Positions 8,404-16,347 of a stretch of DNA of 21,181 nt are shown in pieces (the stretch's first letter is position 1; each line of letters opens with the position of its first letter). This stretch comes from a virus (taxonomy: Duplodnaviria; Heunggongvirae; Uroviricota; Caudoviricetes): IMG/VR virus record IMGVR_UViG_2703718854_000005. One strand, 5' to 3'. The translations under genes were made by a program, and so were the position numbers. The notes beneath the pieces are model-generated. The model saw nothing but the letters and a program-made list of their open reading frames with translations, was not told the origin of the DNA and searched no databases.

Positions 8404-8583
8404 ATGAAAAACGCATTGCAGTTTTTGTTTGTTGCGTTCTGGTTGTTCGCATCATGTATGCCCATCATCTTCACAGCAAGGTATATGGAAAAAGTTGATG
8501 TTTTGATATTAATATTTGGATATATAAATGCCCTTTTTTTAGGGGTGTTCATGGCGGTCATGTGCATTGAATACTGGCGGTAA
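8404..8583 (+). CDS. Small hydrophobic membrane protein (59 aa, two predicted TM helices)
   Basis: ATG 8404 preceded by a strong AGGAGG RBS. Product MKNALQFLFVAFWLFASCMPIIFTARYMEKVDVLILIFGYINALFLGVFMAVMCIEYWR. Lies in AT-rich DNA. Confidence 0.5.
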   Translation: MKNALQFLFVAFWLFASCMPIIFTARYMEKVDVLILIFGYINALFLGVFMAVMCIEYWR

Positions 8584-8889
8584 ATACAGCGAACTCCATT
8601 GGTTTAGTTGGATATTTACTGTGCTGGACAAAAACGGTTTGCGGGGAAATCTTAGTTAAGTAGAATGACTGCGGGTGCTTGAGGCTATCTGCCTCGGGCA
8701 TGGACACCAACGGCAGATAGAGAAAAGCCCCAGTTAACATTACGCGTCCTGCAAGACGCTTAACATTAATCTGAGGCCAATTTCATGCTAGACACATGTA
8801 GGTTAGCCTCTTACGTGCCGAAAGGCACGGAGAAGCAGGCTATTGTTAACACCAAGCTGTAATGTCCCCTTTGAACCATTCTAAAATGT

Positions 8890-8917
8890 CCCCAGACAAT
8901 TCTCTGGGGGATTTTTC
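8890..8917 (+). promoter_or_regulatory. Hairpin sequestering the transposase RBS, with terminator-like U-run
   Basis: Stem CCCCAGA (8890..8896) pairs with TCTGGGG (8903..8909), loop caattc. The GGGGGA Shine-Dalgarno (8906..8911) is in the 3' arm. TTTTT at 8912..8916 sits immediately before ATG 8918. Confidence 0.5.
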
Positions 8918-10231
8918 ATGATCAAAGAGACTGTTACGATGAGTCATAAGGAACTCCACCGACTTCAGATTATTCAGGAACAAGCTGCGGCACGCATTGG
9001 CATTTCTATTCGGCAGGTTAAACGTCTGGTGCAACGGTATAGAAATGAAGGGCCTTCTGGTCTGGTTTCCCACCGACGTGGAAAGCGTCCTAATAATTCC
9101 TTTTCTACTGAATTCAGAGCAACAGTAATTTCACTCCTCAAAGGCCGTTACGCTGATTTTGGACCTACGTTTGCGTGCGAAAAATTGCGCGAGATACACG
9201 GTTTATCTTTATCCGTTGAAACTCTCAGAAAGTGGATGATAGAAGAGGGGTTATGGCGTGAACGCCGTCGTAAAATTGCCCGTATATATCAACGCCGCAT
9301 GCGACGACCATCTTACGGTGAACTGATCCAGATTGATGGCTCACCTCATGACTGGTTTGAAAATCGAGGCCCCAGATGTACACTGATCGTATTCATTGAT
9401 GATGCCACCAGTGCGTTGATGGCGTTGCGTTTTGTGCCTGCTGAAACAACCCGGGCTTACATGGAAACCCTCCGGGGTTACCTTAATGATCATGGCGTAC
9501 CGCTCGCTCTCTACTCTGATAGACACAGTATATTCAGGGTAAATAACCCAGAGCGGGAAGGTGAGCTGACCCAGTTCACTCGTGCGATAAAGACACTGGG
9601 CATCGAGCCAATCCATGCCAACAGCCCGCAGGCAAAAGGGCGGGTAGAGCGCGCCAATCAGACACTACAGGACAGGCTGGTCAAAGAAATGCGGCTTCAG
9701 AATATCAGTGATATTGAAACAGCAAATGCATGGTTGCCGACCTTTATTGAAGCCTATAACAACCGGTTCGCTACGTCGCCTCGTACTACTGATAATGCTC
9801 ATCTTGATGTGCACCATTCTGAAGAGGAACTGGGTTATATCTTCAGCCTACAGGCGAAGCGCGTTCTGTCTAAAAATCTCACTTTCCAGTACAAAAGCAG
9901 TGCGTTTCAGGTACGCAGTGAGGGCCGGGGATATCGACTTAGGCATTCGGTTGTTACTGTATGCGAGAACTTTGACGGTGAAATTAACGTTCTGTATGAC
10001 GGGAAAGCGCTGGGCTGGGAAAAGTATGTTGATGGCCCGGAGCCTATACCACTGGATGATGAAAAGAGTGTCCATGAACGAGTGGATAATGCCCGTATTG
10101 ATTTACGCTCAAAATACTATGTTAAACCTAAAGCTGACCATCCCTGGCTTACGCGCCGAACGCAAAGTCATCAGCAAGTTAAGCCCCCGAAGTTACCTAA
10201 AAAGAAGCCTGATCCCGATAAAAAAGATTGA
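8918..10231 (+). CDS. DDE transposase with retroviral-integrase-like (rve) core and N-terminal HTH; IS481/ISNCY-like, family tentative
   Basis: 437-aa ORF. N-terminal HTH-like region (IGISIRQVKRLVQRY), rve-type motifs (IQIDGSPHDW ... YSDRHSIF ... HANSPQAKGRVERANQTLQDRL), K-rich C-terminal tail. No istB-like partner downstream. Confidence 0.85.
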   Translation: MIKETVTMSHKELHRLQIIQEQAAARIGISIRQVKRLVQRYRNEGPSGLVSHRRGKRPNNSFSTEFRATVISLLKGRYADFGPTFACEKLREIHGLSLSVETLRKWMIEEGLWRERRRKIARIYQRRMRRPSYGELIQIDGSPHDWFENRGPRCTLIVFIDDATSALMALRFVPAETTRAYMETLRGYLNDHGVPLALYSDRHSIFRVNNPEREGELTQFTRAIKTLGIEPIHANSPQAKGRVERANQTLQDRLVKEMRLQNISDIETANAWLPTFIEAYNNRFATSPRTTDNAHLDVHHSEEELGYIFSLQAKRVLSKNLTFQYKSSAFQVRSEGRGYRLRHSVVTVCENFDGEINVLYDGKALGWEKYVDGPEPIPLDDEKSVHERVDNARIDLRSKYYVKPKADHPWLTRRTQSHQQVKPPKLPKKKPDPDKKD

Positions 10232-10667
10232 AACCAAGATCGATTCGGTTGAGTGCATATCCATTCATAGGGTAGATTCTTAAGTCGCGTTTCTGGTGTT
10301 CATTTTCGGGTGGTTTGTTACTTGTTTTACCGGGGATATGCCAGAAACGCGCTGAGTCAGTCTGGGCGGTGCGCGTAATGAGGCGTTATGGTAAATAGCC
10401 TATGCTAATGTCCGCTAAGAGCAAGAAGCGGAAGTTGGCAGTTTTGTGGACTGTCCCCACAAAAGTGACTACAGAAATAGTTGCAATTCATAATTGATCA
10501 TGGGTTGTCAGTTAAACTCGTGGCGATTTAAATAGACTAATTGGGAGTGCGTCCATTACTTATATCTTGTAATGTTAACTATCAGAAATGATACAAAGAT
10601 AATATGTCTTTAAAGAAAAGGCTGATGGCGAAAAGTGGCCCGATGAGGGCCACAATACGGCTGTCAC

Positions 10668-11000
10668 TTAGACGTAAATATCAATGGTGCCAGCGGTATT
10701 TGTATCGTCTTTTTTCTCTTCTTTTTTATCAGGCTGAACTGTCGCGTCTTCATTCTTTTTCTCTGCCTGCTGCCTTAACAACTGCTCCAGTTGAGCCCAG
10801 AGGCTTTCAATTTGCTTCTGTACCAATGCAGCCATTTCTTTTTTCTGCTGTGTCGTCATCCCCTCTTCCGATGAGATTTTCCCAAGCTTTTCAGTCAGCA
10901 CCTGAATTTGTCTTGTGATTTTGGCTATTTCTGATGTTCCTTCCGGGGCGGAGTTGTTTGAAATAACGGTTGAGGTATTTCCCTGAATTGTGACAGACAT
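10668..11000 (-). CDS. flxA: FlxA (flagellar-regulon protein of Qin-type prophages)
   Basis: 110-aa ORF matching FlxA as I remember it. GGAGA RBS and a near-consensus sigma-28 promoter upstream. Confidence 0.85.
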   Translation of the reverse strand: MSVTIQGNTSTVISNNSAPEGTSEIAKITRQIQVLTEKLGKISSEEGMTTQQKKEMAALVQKQIESLWAQLEQLLRQQAEKKNEDATVQPDKKEEKKDDTNTAGTIDIYV

Positions 11001-11023
11001 AGATTTCTCCTTTTAAAAAAGCA

Positions 11024-11050
11024 CTATCGGCATGCACAAAAAAATCTTTA
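11024..11050 (-). promoter_or_regulatory. Sigma-28 (FliA) promoter of flxA
   Basis: On the minus strand: TAAAGATT (-35; consensus TAAAGTTT), 11-nt spacer, GCCGATAG (-10; consensus GCCGATAA), about 25 nt upstream of the flxA ATG. Confidence 0.7.
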
Positions 11051-11202
11051 ATCGTATTTCTTGTGTCATTAATTGTTTGATGTTCAGATTGTTTTCCTCG
11101 CGGGCTGGCGCGCCTCAGAAAGTAAAGCTTGTTGACAGGGGTAAACGTTCGGCAATAATTTTCTGCCGCATGCGGGTGTTGCATAAAACGTGTTACGTTC
11201 CT

Positions 11203-11508
11203 TTATCGACAGGTCAGGTCACCGCTCACCCGCCGACGAGAAAGCAACACTGACATGCTAAAGCAAAAAATAGATGAATAAGTTGAGTTGTGCATATGTA
11301 GCCTGACCGTCACAAAGTATATGGTGTCTGTACCAGTAAGATGATGGCCGGACTCTTTAAAAACGAGCTGACCTGCACAATACAGGATGGACTTAGCAAT
11401 GGCTGCTCCTGGCACAAAGCGGACAGTGATCACCGTTCTTACGACTACTTTCTGACTTCCTTCGTGACTTGCCCTAAGCATGTTGTAGTGCGATACTTGT
11501 AATGACAT
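11203..11508 (-). CDS. Dubious 101-aa ORF in the position where K-12 annotates ydfV
   Basis: Length and position between relB and flxA fit ydfV as I remember it. Composition is not convincingly protein-like and it is antisense to the relBE promoter region. Confidence 0.2.
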   Translation of the reverse strand: MSLQVSHYNMLRASHEGSQKVVVRTVITVRFVPGAAIAKSILYCAGQLVFKESGHHLTGTDTIYFVTVRLHMHNSTYSSIFCFSMSVLLSRRRVSGDLTCR

Positions 11509-11532
11509 TTGTAATTACAAGAGGTGTAAGAC
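11480..11532 (+). promoter_or_regulatory. relBE promoter/operator (relO-like)
   Basis: Palindromic TTGTAATGACATTTGTAATTACAAG element containing the perfect palindrome TGTAATTACA, immediately upstream of the relB RBS (GAGGTG). Confidence 0.55.
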
Positions 11533-11772
11533 ATGGGTAGCATTAACCTGCGTATTGACGATGAACTTAAAGCGCGTTCTTACGCCGCGCTTGAAAAAAT
11601 GGGTGTAACTCCTTCTGAAGCGCTTCGTCTCATGCTCGAGTATATCGCTGACAATGAACGCTTGCCGTTCAAACAGACACTCCTGAGTGATGAAGATGCT
11701 GAACTTGTGGAGATAGTGAAAGAACGGCTTCGTAATCCTAAGCCAGTACGTGTGACGCTGGATGAACTCTGA
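11533..11772 (+). CDS. relB: RelB antitoxin
   Basis: 79-aa ORF matching RelB as I remember it (MGSINLRIDDELKARSY...RVTLDEL). Stop overlaps the relE start. Confidence 0.9.
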   Translation: MGSINLRIDDELKARSYAALEKMGVTPSEALRLMLEYIADNERLPFKQTLLSDEDAELVEIVKERLRNPKPVRVTLDEL

Positions 11773-12059
11773 TGGCGTATTTTCTGGATTTTGACGAGCG
11801 GGCACTAAAGGAATGGCGAAAGCTGGGCTCGACGGTACGTGAACAGTTGAAAAAGAAGCTGGTTGAAGTACTTGAGTCACCCCGGATTGAAGCAAACAAG
11901 CTCCGTGGTATGCCTGATTGTTACAAGATTAAGCTCCGGTCTTCAGGCTATCGCCTTGTATACCAGGTTATAGACGAGAAAGTTGTCGTTTTCGTGATTT
12001 CTGTTGGGAAAAGAGAACGCTCGGAAGTATATAGCGAGGCGGTCAAACGCATTCTCTGA
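11772..12059 (+). CDS. relE: RelE mRNA interferase toxin
   Basis: 95-aa ORF matching RelE as I remember it (MAYFLDFDERALKEWRKLG...). Overlapping start/stop with relB. Confidence 0.9.
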   Translation: MAYFLDFDERALKEWRKLGSTVREQLKKKLVEVLESPRIEANKLRGMPDCYKIKLRSSGYRLVYQVIDEKVVVFVISVGKRERSEVYSEAVKRIL

Positions 12060-12130
12060 ACCAAAGCATGACATCTCTGTTTCGCACCGAAGGTGACACT
12101 TCTGCTTTGCGTTGACAGGAGAAGCAGGCT

Positions 12131-12286
12131 ATGAAGCAGCAAAAGGCGATGTTAATCGCCCTGATCGTCATCTGTTTAACCGTCATAGTGACGGCACTGG
12201 TAACGAGGAAAGACCTCTGCGAGGTACGAATCCGAACCGGCCAGACGGAGGTCGCTGTCTTCACAGCTTACGAACCTGAGGAGTAA
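12131..12286 (+). CDS. hokD: HokD (RelF) Hok-family membrane toxin
   Basis: Not in the ORF track (51 aa). Manual translation gives MKQQKAMLIALIVICLTVIVTALVTRKDLCEVRIRTGQTEVAVFTAYEPEE. Lies directly downstream of relE. Confidence 0.85.
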   Translation: MKQQKAMLIALIVICLTVIVTALVTRKDLCEVRIRTGQTEVAVFTAYEPEE

Positions 12287-12354
12287 GAGACCCGGCGGGG
12301 GAGAAATCCCTCGCCACCTCTGATGTGGCAGGCATCCTCAACGCACCCGCACTT

Positions 12355-12380
12355 AACCCGCTTCGGCGGGTTTTTGTTTT
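12355..12380 (+). terminator. Intrinsic terminator downstream of hokD
   Basis: Stem CCCGC (12357..12361), loop ttcg, GCGGG (12366..12370), followed by TTTTTGTTTTTATTTT. Confidence 0.6.
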
Positions 12381-12502
12381 TATTTTCAACGCGTTTGAAG
12401 TTCTGGACGGTGCCGGAATAGAATCAAAAATACTTAAGTAGCGCGCAGGGATAAGAGGGATGGTCCCTTAAAGGGGAGAGCTAATTATCCGGAAGGATTC
12501 TG

Positions 12503-12754
12503 ATGATGAACATCGAAGAACTGCGTAAAATTTTTTGTGAAGATGGCCTCTATGCTGTGTGCGTTGAAAATGGAAATCTTGTTAGTCATTACCGCATTAT
12601 GTGTTTGCGAAAGAATGGGGCTGCGTTAATTAATTTTGTGGATGCTCGGGTCACGGACGGATTTATCTTGCGCGAAGGTGAGTTTGTCACTTCATTACAG
12701 GCATTGAAAGAGATCGGAATAAAAGCTGGCTTTTCTGCTTTTTCAGGAGAATAA
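12503..12754 (+). CDS. rem: Rem-like protein (Qin prophage)
   Basis: 83-aa ORF; size and position between hokD and ydfU match rem. Confidence 0.7.
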   Translation: MMNIEELRKIFCEDGLYAVCVENGNLVSHYRIMCLRKNGAALINFVDARVTDGFILREGEFVTSLQALKEIGIKAGFSAFSGE

Positions 12755-12820
12755 ACTCATCTACAATCTTGCGCGGGGCTGAACTCCCGCTGAGTAACAC
12801 CGTGCCACCGGAGAAAACCG

Positions 12821-13099
12821 ATGGCACGCAACGCAAAATATTACAATTCTGATAATTCGCCCGTTCTTGCCTGCACGCACGGGCGGTATTCTCACGCATT
12901 CAAGTCTGAATGGTTCCAGCACCCTCCATGCACTGCAGAACAGGCCGAATGGCTGATTCATTCTTACCGCAGGCGCGGGTTCGAGGTTAAGAAAGCTCTC
13001 AGTCTCGACTATCGGCACTGGATAATCTCTGTCAGGCTGCCTTATTCCGAACGCCCACCACGTGCGTCCCGCACTTTCCAGCAACGGATCTGGAGGTAA
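12821..13099 (+). CDS. Hypothetical 92-aa protein coupled to ydfU
   Basis: ATG with a GGAGA RBS six nt upstream. Its 3' end contains the GGAGG RBS of the downstream ydfU GTG start. Confidence 0.4.
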   Translation: MARNAKYYNSDNSPVLACTHGRYSHAFKSEWFQHPPCTAEQAEWLIHSYRRRGFEVKKALSLDYRHWIISVRLPYSERPPRASRTFQQRIWR

Positions 13100-13100
13100 C

Positions 13101-14150
13101 GTGCGGGTATTACTTAGACCTGTTCTGGTGCCTGAGCTTGGGCTGGTGGTCCTTAAGCCGGGCCGTGAATCCATACAGATATTTCATAATCCTCGAGTGC
13201 TGGTGGAACCGGAACCAAAAAGCATGCGTAATCTGCCATCCGGAGTCGTTCCTGCCGTTCGCCAGCCGCTGGCGGAAGACAAAACATTGCTGCCGTTTTT
13301 TAGTAACGAACGGGTGATTCGTGCTGCTGGCGGCGTTGGCGCATTGTCCGACTGGCTATTACGTCATGTTACATCCTGCCAGTGGCCTAATGGCGATTAC
13401 CATCACACTGAAACAGTCATTCACCGTTATGGTACCGGCGCAATGGTGTTGTGCTGGCACTGCGACAACCAACTGCGTGACCAGACATCGGAATCACTGG
13501 AGCTGCTTGCTCAACAAAATCTGACAGCATGGGTGATTGACGTCATCCGTCACGCAATAAGCGGTACGCAGGAGCGGGAATTATCTTTGGCTGAATTATC
13601 CTGGTGGGCGGTCTGCAATCAGGTGGTGGATGCACTACCTGAGGCTGTATCGCGTCGTTCGCTGGGATTACCAGCGGAAAAAATCTGCTCGGTGTACCGC
13701 GAAAGCGACATCGTACCGGGAGAGCAGACCGCCACCAGCATATTGAAACAACGCACAAAAAATCTTGCACCGTTGCCTTACGCCCACCAGCAACAAAAAT
13801 CACCACAGGAAAAGACGGTGGTAAGCATCACCGTTGATCCAGAGTCTCCGGAATCTTTCATGAAGCTGCCTAAACGTCGCCGCTGGGTTAAGGAGAAATA
13901 CACACGTTGGGTTAAGACACAGCCGTGTGCTTGCTGCGGTATGCCAGCCGACGATCCGCATCATCTGATTGGTCACGGGCAGGGCGGAATGGGAACAAAA
14001 GCACATGATCTCTTTGTGTTGCCTTTGTGCAGAAAGCATCACAACGAGCTGCATACGGATACAGTGGCATTTGAAGATAAGTATGGCTCTCAACTGGAGC
14101 TGATATTTCGTTTTATCGATCGCGCGCTGGCAATTGGCGTACTGGCGTAA
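13101..14150 (+). CDS. ydfU: YdfU-like DUF968 protein with C-terminal HNH/zinc-finger-like motif
   Basis: GTG start at 13101 (GGAGG four nt upstream) gives 349 aa, the K-12 YdfU length as I recall. C-terminal CACCGMPADDPHHLIGHGQGGMGTKAHDLFVLPLCRKHHNELH is Cys/His-rich. Confidence 0.75.
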   Translation: MRVLLRPVLVPELGLVVLKPGRESIQIFHNPRVLVEPEPKSMRNLPSGVVPAVRQPLAEDKTLLPFFSNERVIRAAGGVGALSDWLLRHVTSCQWPNGDYHHTETVIHRYGTGAMVLCWHCDNQLRDQTSESLELLAQQNLTAWVIDVIRHAISGTQERELSLAELSWWAVCNQVVDALPEAVSRRSLGLPAEKICSVYRESDIVPGEQTATSILKQRTKNLAPLPYAHQQQKSPQEKTVVSITVDPESPESFMKLPKRRRWVKEKYTRWVKTQPCACCGMPADDPHHLIGHGQGGMGTKAHDLFVLPLCRKHHNELHTDTVAFEDKYGSQLELIFRFIDRALAIGVLA

Positions 14151-14163
14151 GTGGAGAACGAGC

Positions 14164-14916
14164 ATGAACCTTGAAGCCTTACCAAAATATTACTCCCCAA
14201 AATCTCCAAAATTGAGCGATGACGCTCCAGCGACAGGCACCGGTTGTTTAACAATTACGGATGTAATGGCAGCGCAGGGGATGGTGCAGTCGAAAGCACC
14301 ACTTGGGTTGGCCTTATTTCTGGCAAAAGTTGGTGTTCAGGACCCTCAGTTTGCGATTGAAGGCCTGCTAAATTACGCGATGGCACTGGATAACCCGACA
14401 TTGAACAAATTGAGTGAAGAAATCCGGTTACAGATTATTCCTTACCTCGTGAGTTTTGCCTTTGCTGATTACTCCAGGTCTGCGGCAAGTAAGGCTCGCT
14501 GTGAGCATTGTTCAGGTACGGGATTTTATAATGTATTGCGCGAAGTGGTGAAACACTACAGACGCGGGGAATCTGTAATCAAGGAAGAATGGGTGAAGGA
14601 ACTATGTCAGCATTGCCATGGTAAGGGCGAAGCCAGCACAGCGTGCAGAGGGTGTAAGGGTAAAGGGATTGTTCTGGATGAAAAAAGAACCCGGTTTCAT
14701 GGCGTACCGGTATATAAGATTTGTGGGCGTTGTAATGGAAACCGGTTTAGTCGTTTACCGACCACGCTGGCACGACGTCATGTCCAGAAGCTGGTACCAG
14801 ACCTGACCGATTATCAGTGGTATAAGGGGTATGCGGACGTCATTGGTAAACTGGTAACAAAGTGCTGGCAGGAAGAAGCATACGCGGAAGCGCAATTGAG
14901 GAAGGTGACGAGATAA
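14164..14916 (+). CDS. quuQ: Late-gene antiterminator Q (phage 82/21-type)
   Basis: ATG 14164 with a GGAG RBS gives 250 aa, the quuQ length as I recall. Cys-rich zinc-binding region (CEHCSGTG ... CQHCHGKG ... CRGCKGKG). Immediately followed by a promoter/terminator pair. Confidence 0.8.
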   Translation: MNLEALPKYYSPKSPKLSDDAPATGTGCLTITDVMAAQGMVQSKAPLGLALFLAKVGVQDPQFAIEGLLNYAMALDNPTLNKLSEEIRLQIIPYLVSFAFADYSRSAASKARCEHCSGTGFYNVLREVVKHYRRGESVIKEEWVKELCQHCHGKGEASTACRGCKGKGIVLDEKRTRFHGVPVYKICGRCNGNRFSRLPTTLARRHVQKLVPDLTDYQWYKGYADVIGKLVTKCWQEEAYAEAQLRKVTR

Positions 14917-14947
14917 ATGATTTTTGCTGAAGATGGCGACATGATGT

Positions 14948-14976
14948 TTGCATTTTTCAAAAAATATGGATAAAAT
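14948..14976 (+). promoter_or_regulatory. Candidate late promoter (PR'-like), just downstream of Q
   Basis: TTGCAT (-35, 14948..14953), 17-nt spacer, TAAAAT (-10, 14971..14976). Expected position for PR'/qut. Confidence 0.45.
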
Positions 14977-15021
14977 TTTTTCAACGATGGGCTTTGTATA
15001 CCCGACGTTAAGAAAAAGTAG

Positions 15022-15051
15022 AAAACCCGCTGATGAGCGGGTTTTGTGCTT
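15022..15051 (+). terminator. Intrinsic terminator (tR'-like) downstream of the candidate late promoter
   Basis: AAAACCCGC-tgatga-GCGGGTTTTGTGCTTT: GC-rich stem flanked by an A-run and a T-run, so potentially bidirectional. Confidence 0.6.
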
Positions 15052-15337
15052 TAAATGGGGCAATGGTAATGTTGAATCTCATCCCGGGACTCATGTCTGT
15101 TAACTTATTATTTAGCTGGTGACTTGGTTATTTGCCTGATGTTTAAAATGTTTTCTTCCAGTATAATGTCCCTAAACACAATGAGTCTGCTTATTATATT
15201 ATTAGCAGAGCTATTACGGCCAAAGTACAGCATAAGCTTTTAAAGCCAATCAACCAGTCATCAAGACAGACGGGGTTATTCATAAAAACTCTCCATGTGT
15301 GATCCGATGGGGCCTGAAATTAAAGCTTTAATATAGC

Positions 15338-15550
15338 TCATGAAAGGTAAACATTGGCAGCTGAAGGGCCACGCAGACCATTTATCCGGCAAAATTCCAC
15401 GCGTAATCCGGTGGTAATTTCTTCTGCATCGCGGAGATTGAGCGCTGAAACATGAAGCTGGACATCGATACGACCATCGGATGGGGTGATAAGACCCTTG
15501 CCGCTTTTGCCGTCAAAGGTTTTGACAATTCCTGTCATTTTACGGGACAA
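15338..15550 (-). CDS. cspF: Cold-shock-family protein CspF
   Basis: 70-aa [42 protein letters not shown]...[10 protein letters not shown] matches CspF as I remember it. Confidence 0.85.
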
Positions 15551-15850
15551 AAAAATTCCTTAATACTGATAACTTGGCGCACTATACACACGTTCCTGAA
15601 GAAAGCTATAGTTTTTTGATGGGGTTGAAGATGGCTGGATGTCTAAAATAAACATTGCTTCATATGTTCAACTATGCGTTAATGATTGCGTCGGTTTGAA
15701 GAACAGACGATATACGAAGTAGTTTACTAAAGCAGTTCTCATTTCAGGTGTTATTCACTTATTCCTTCTTTGAGTCTCTCCAATTAAGTACGAAGTCGTT
15801 TCTGTTATGCAAACCATTTATGCCGAAAGGCTCAAGTTAAGGAATGTAGA

Positions 15851-16066
15851 ATGTCAAATAAAATGACTGGTTTAGTAAAATGGTTTAACGCTGATAAAGG
15901 TTTCGGCTTTATTTCTCCTGTTGATGGTAGTAAAGATGTGTTTGTGCATTTTTCTGCGATTCAGAATGATAATTATCGAACCTTATTTGAAGGTCAAAAG
16001 GTTACCTTCTCTATAGAGAGTGGTGCTAAAGGTCCTGCAGCAGCAAATGTCATCATTACTGATTAA
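15851..16066 (+). CDS. cspB: Cold-shock protein CspB
   Basis: 71-aa ORF with the CspA-family RNP motifs (KGFGFI, VFVHF). Matches CspB as I remember it; preceded by a long AT-rich 5' leader. Confidence 0.85.
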   Translation: MSNKMTGLVKWFNADKGFGFISPVDGSKDVFVHFSAIQNDNYRTLFEGQKVTFSIESGAKGPAAANVIITD

Positions 16067-16177
16067 AATTCATCGCTCGTCTGTATACGATAACGAAGAA
16101 GGCTGATGCCTGAGTAGAGATACGGACAGAGTAGTGAATATTGGATCTCTTTAATAAAAAGTAAGGAGGTCCAATAC

Positions 16178-16213
16178 ATGAAACAATGGCTAGCATATTT
16201 GGCAAAATCTTAA
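16178..16213 (+). other. 11-codon mini-ORF (MKQWLAYLAKS) with a consensus Shine-Dalgarno
   Basis: TAAGGAGGT at 16162..16170, seven nt before ATG 16178. Followed by a CAGCAG/CTGCTG hairpin and an intrinsic terminator. Confidence 0.3.
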
Positions 16214-16347
16214 TCAGGAAAAGTATGCTAACCATTGTGGTGAAGTGCAGGTTTGCTGCATGAATAGTTTTACAGCAGAAGCTAACTGCTGGCATGGCAA
16301 AACAAAGTGCGTAAGTGGATGACTCCCACAAAAAGCACCACAATCTC

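Larger units (their letters stand above)
8732..10580 (+). mobile_element. Candidate insertion sequence carrying the rve transposase; boundaries tentative
   Basis: 12-bp inverted match AGTTAACATTAC (8732..8743) versus GTAATGTTAACT (10569..10580), with a second TTAACATTA copy at 8760..8768. No target-site duplication confirmed. Confidence 0.3.

Noticed and set aside
8584-8917. Possibility that the structured non-coding region upstream of the transposase is a retron msr/msd or another RT-associated ncRNA.
   Set aside because: The adjacent gene is an rve-type DDE transposase, not a reverse transcriptase, and no RT motifs occur anywhere in the window.
9341-10283. ORFs 9341..9616 (-), 9708..10283 (+) and 9848..10075 (-) inside the transposase gene.
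   Set aside because: Alternative-frame or antisense shadows of a gene with clear catalytic motifs.
8864-10576. Direct 8-mer TGTAATGT at 8864 and 10569 as a possible target-site duplication.
   Set aside because: No inverted repeats lie just inside these positions, and an 8-mer match at this distance is expected by chance.
10604-11253. ORFs 10604..10918 (+), 10891..11184 (-) and 11032..11253 (+) around flxA.
   Set aside because: They overlap flxA or its sigma-28 promoter in other frames and have no translation signals.
11515-12264. Minus-strand ORFs antisense to relB/relE/hokD (11515..11895, 11948..12142, 12043..12264).
   Set aside because: Antisense to well-supported toxin/antitoxin genes. 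A Sok-like antisense RNA might exist near hokD, but I could not identify promoter elements, so nothing is called.
12687-15063. Assorted opposite-strand ORFs across rem, ydfU and Q (12761..13174, 13543..13806, 13800..14165, 14618..14806, 14755..15063).
   Set aside because: Embedded in longer genes with better context; no RBS.
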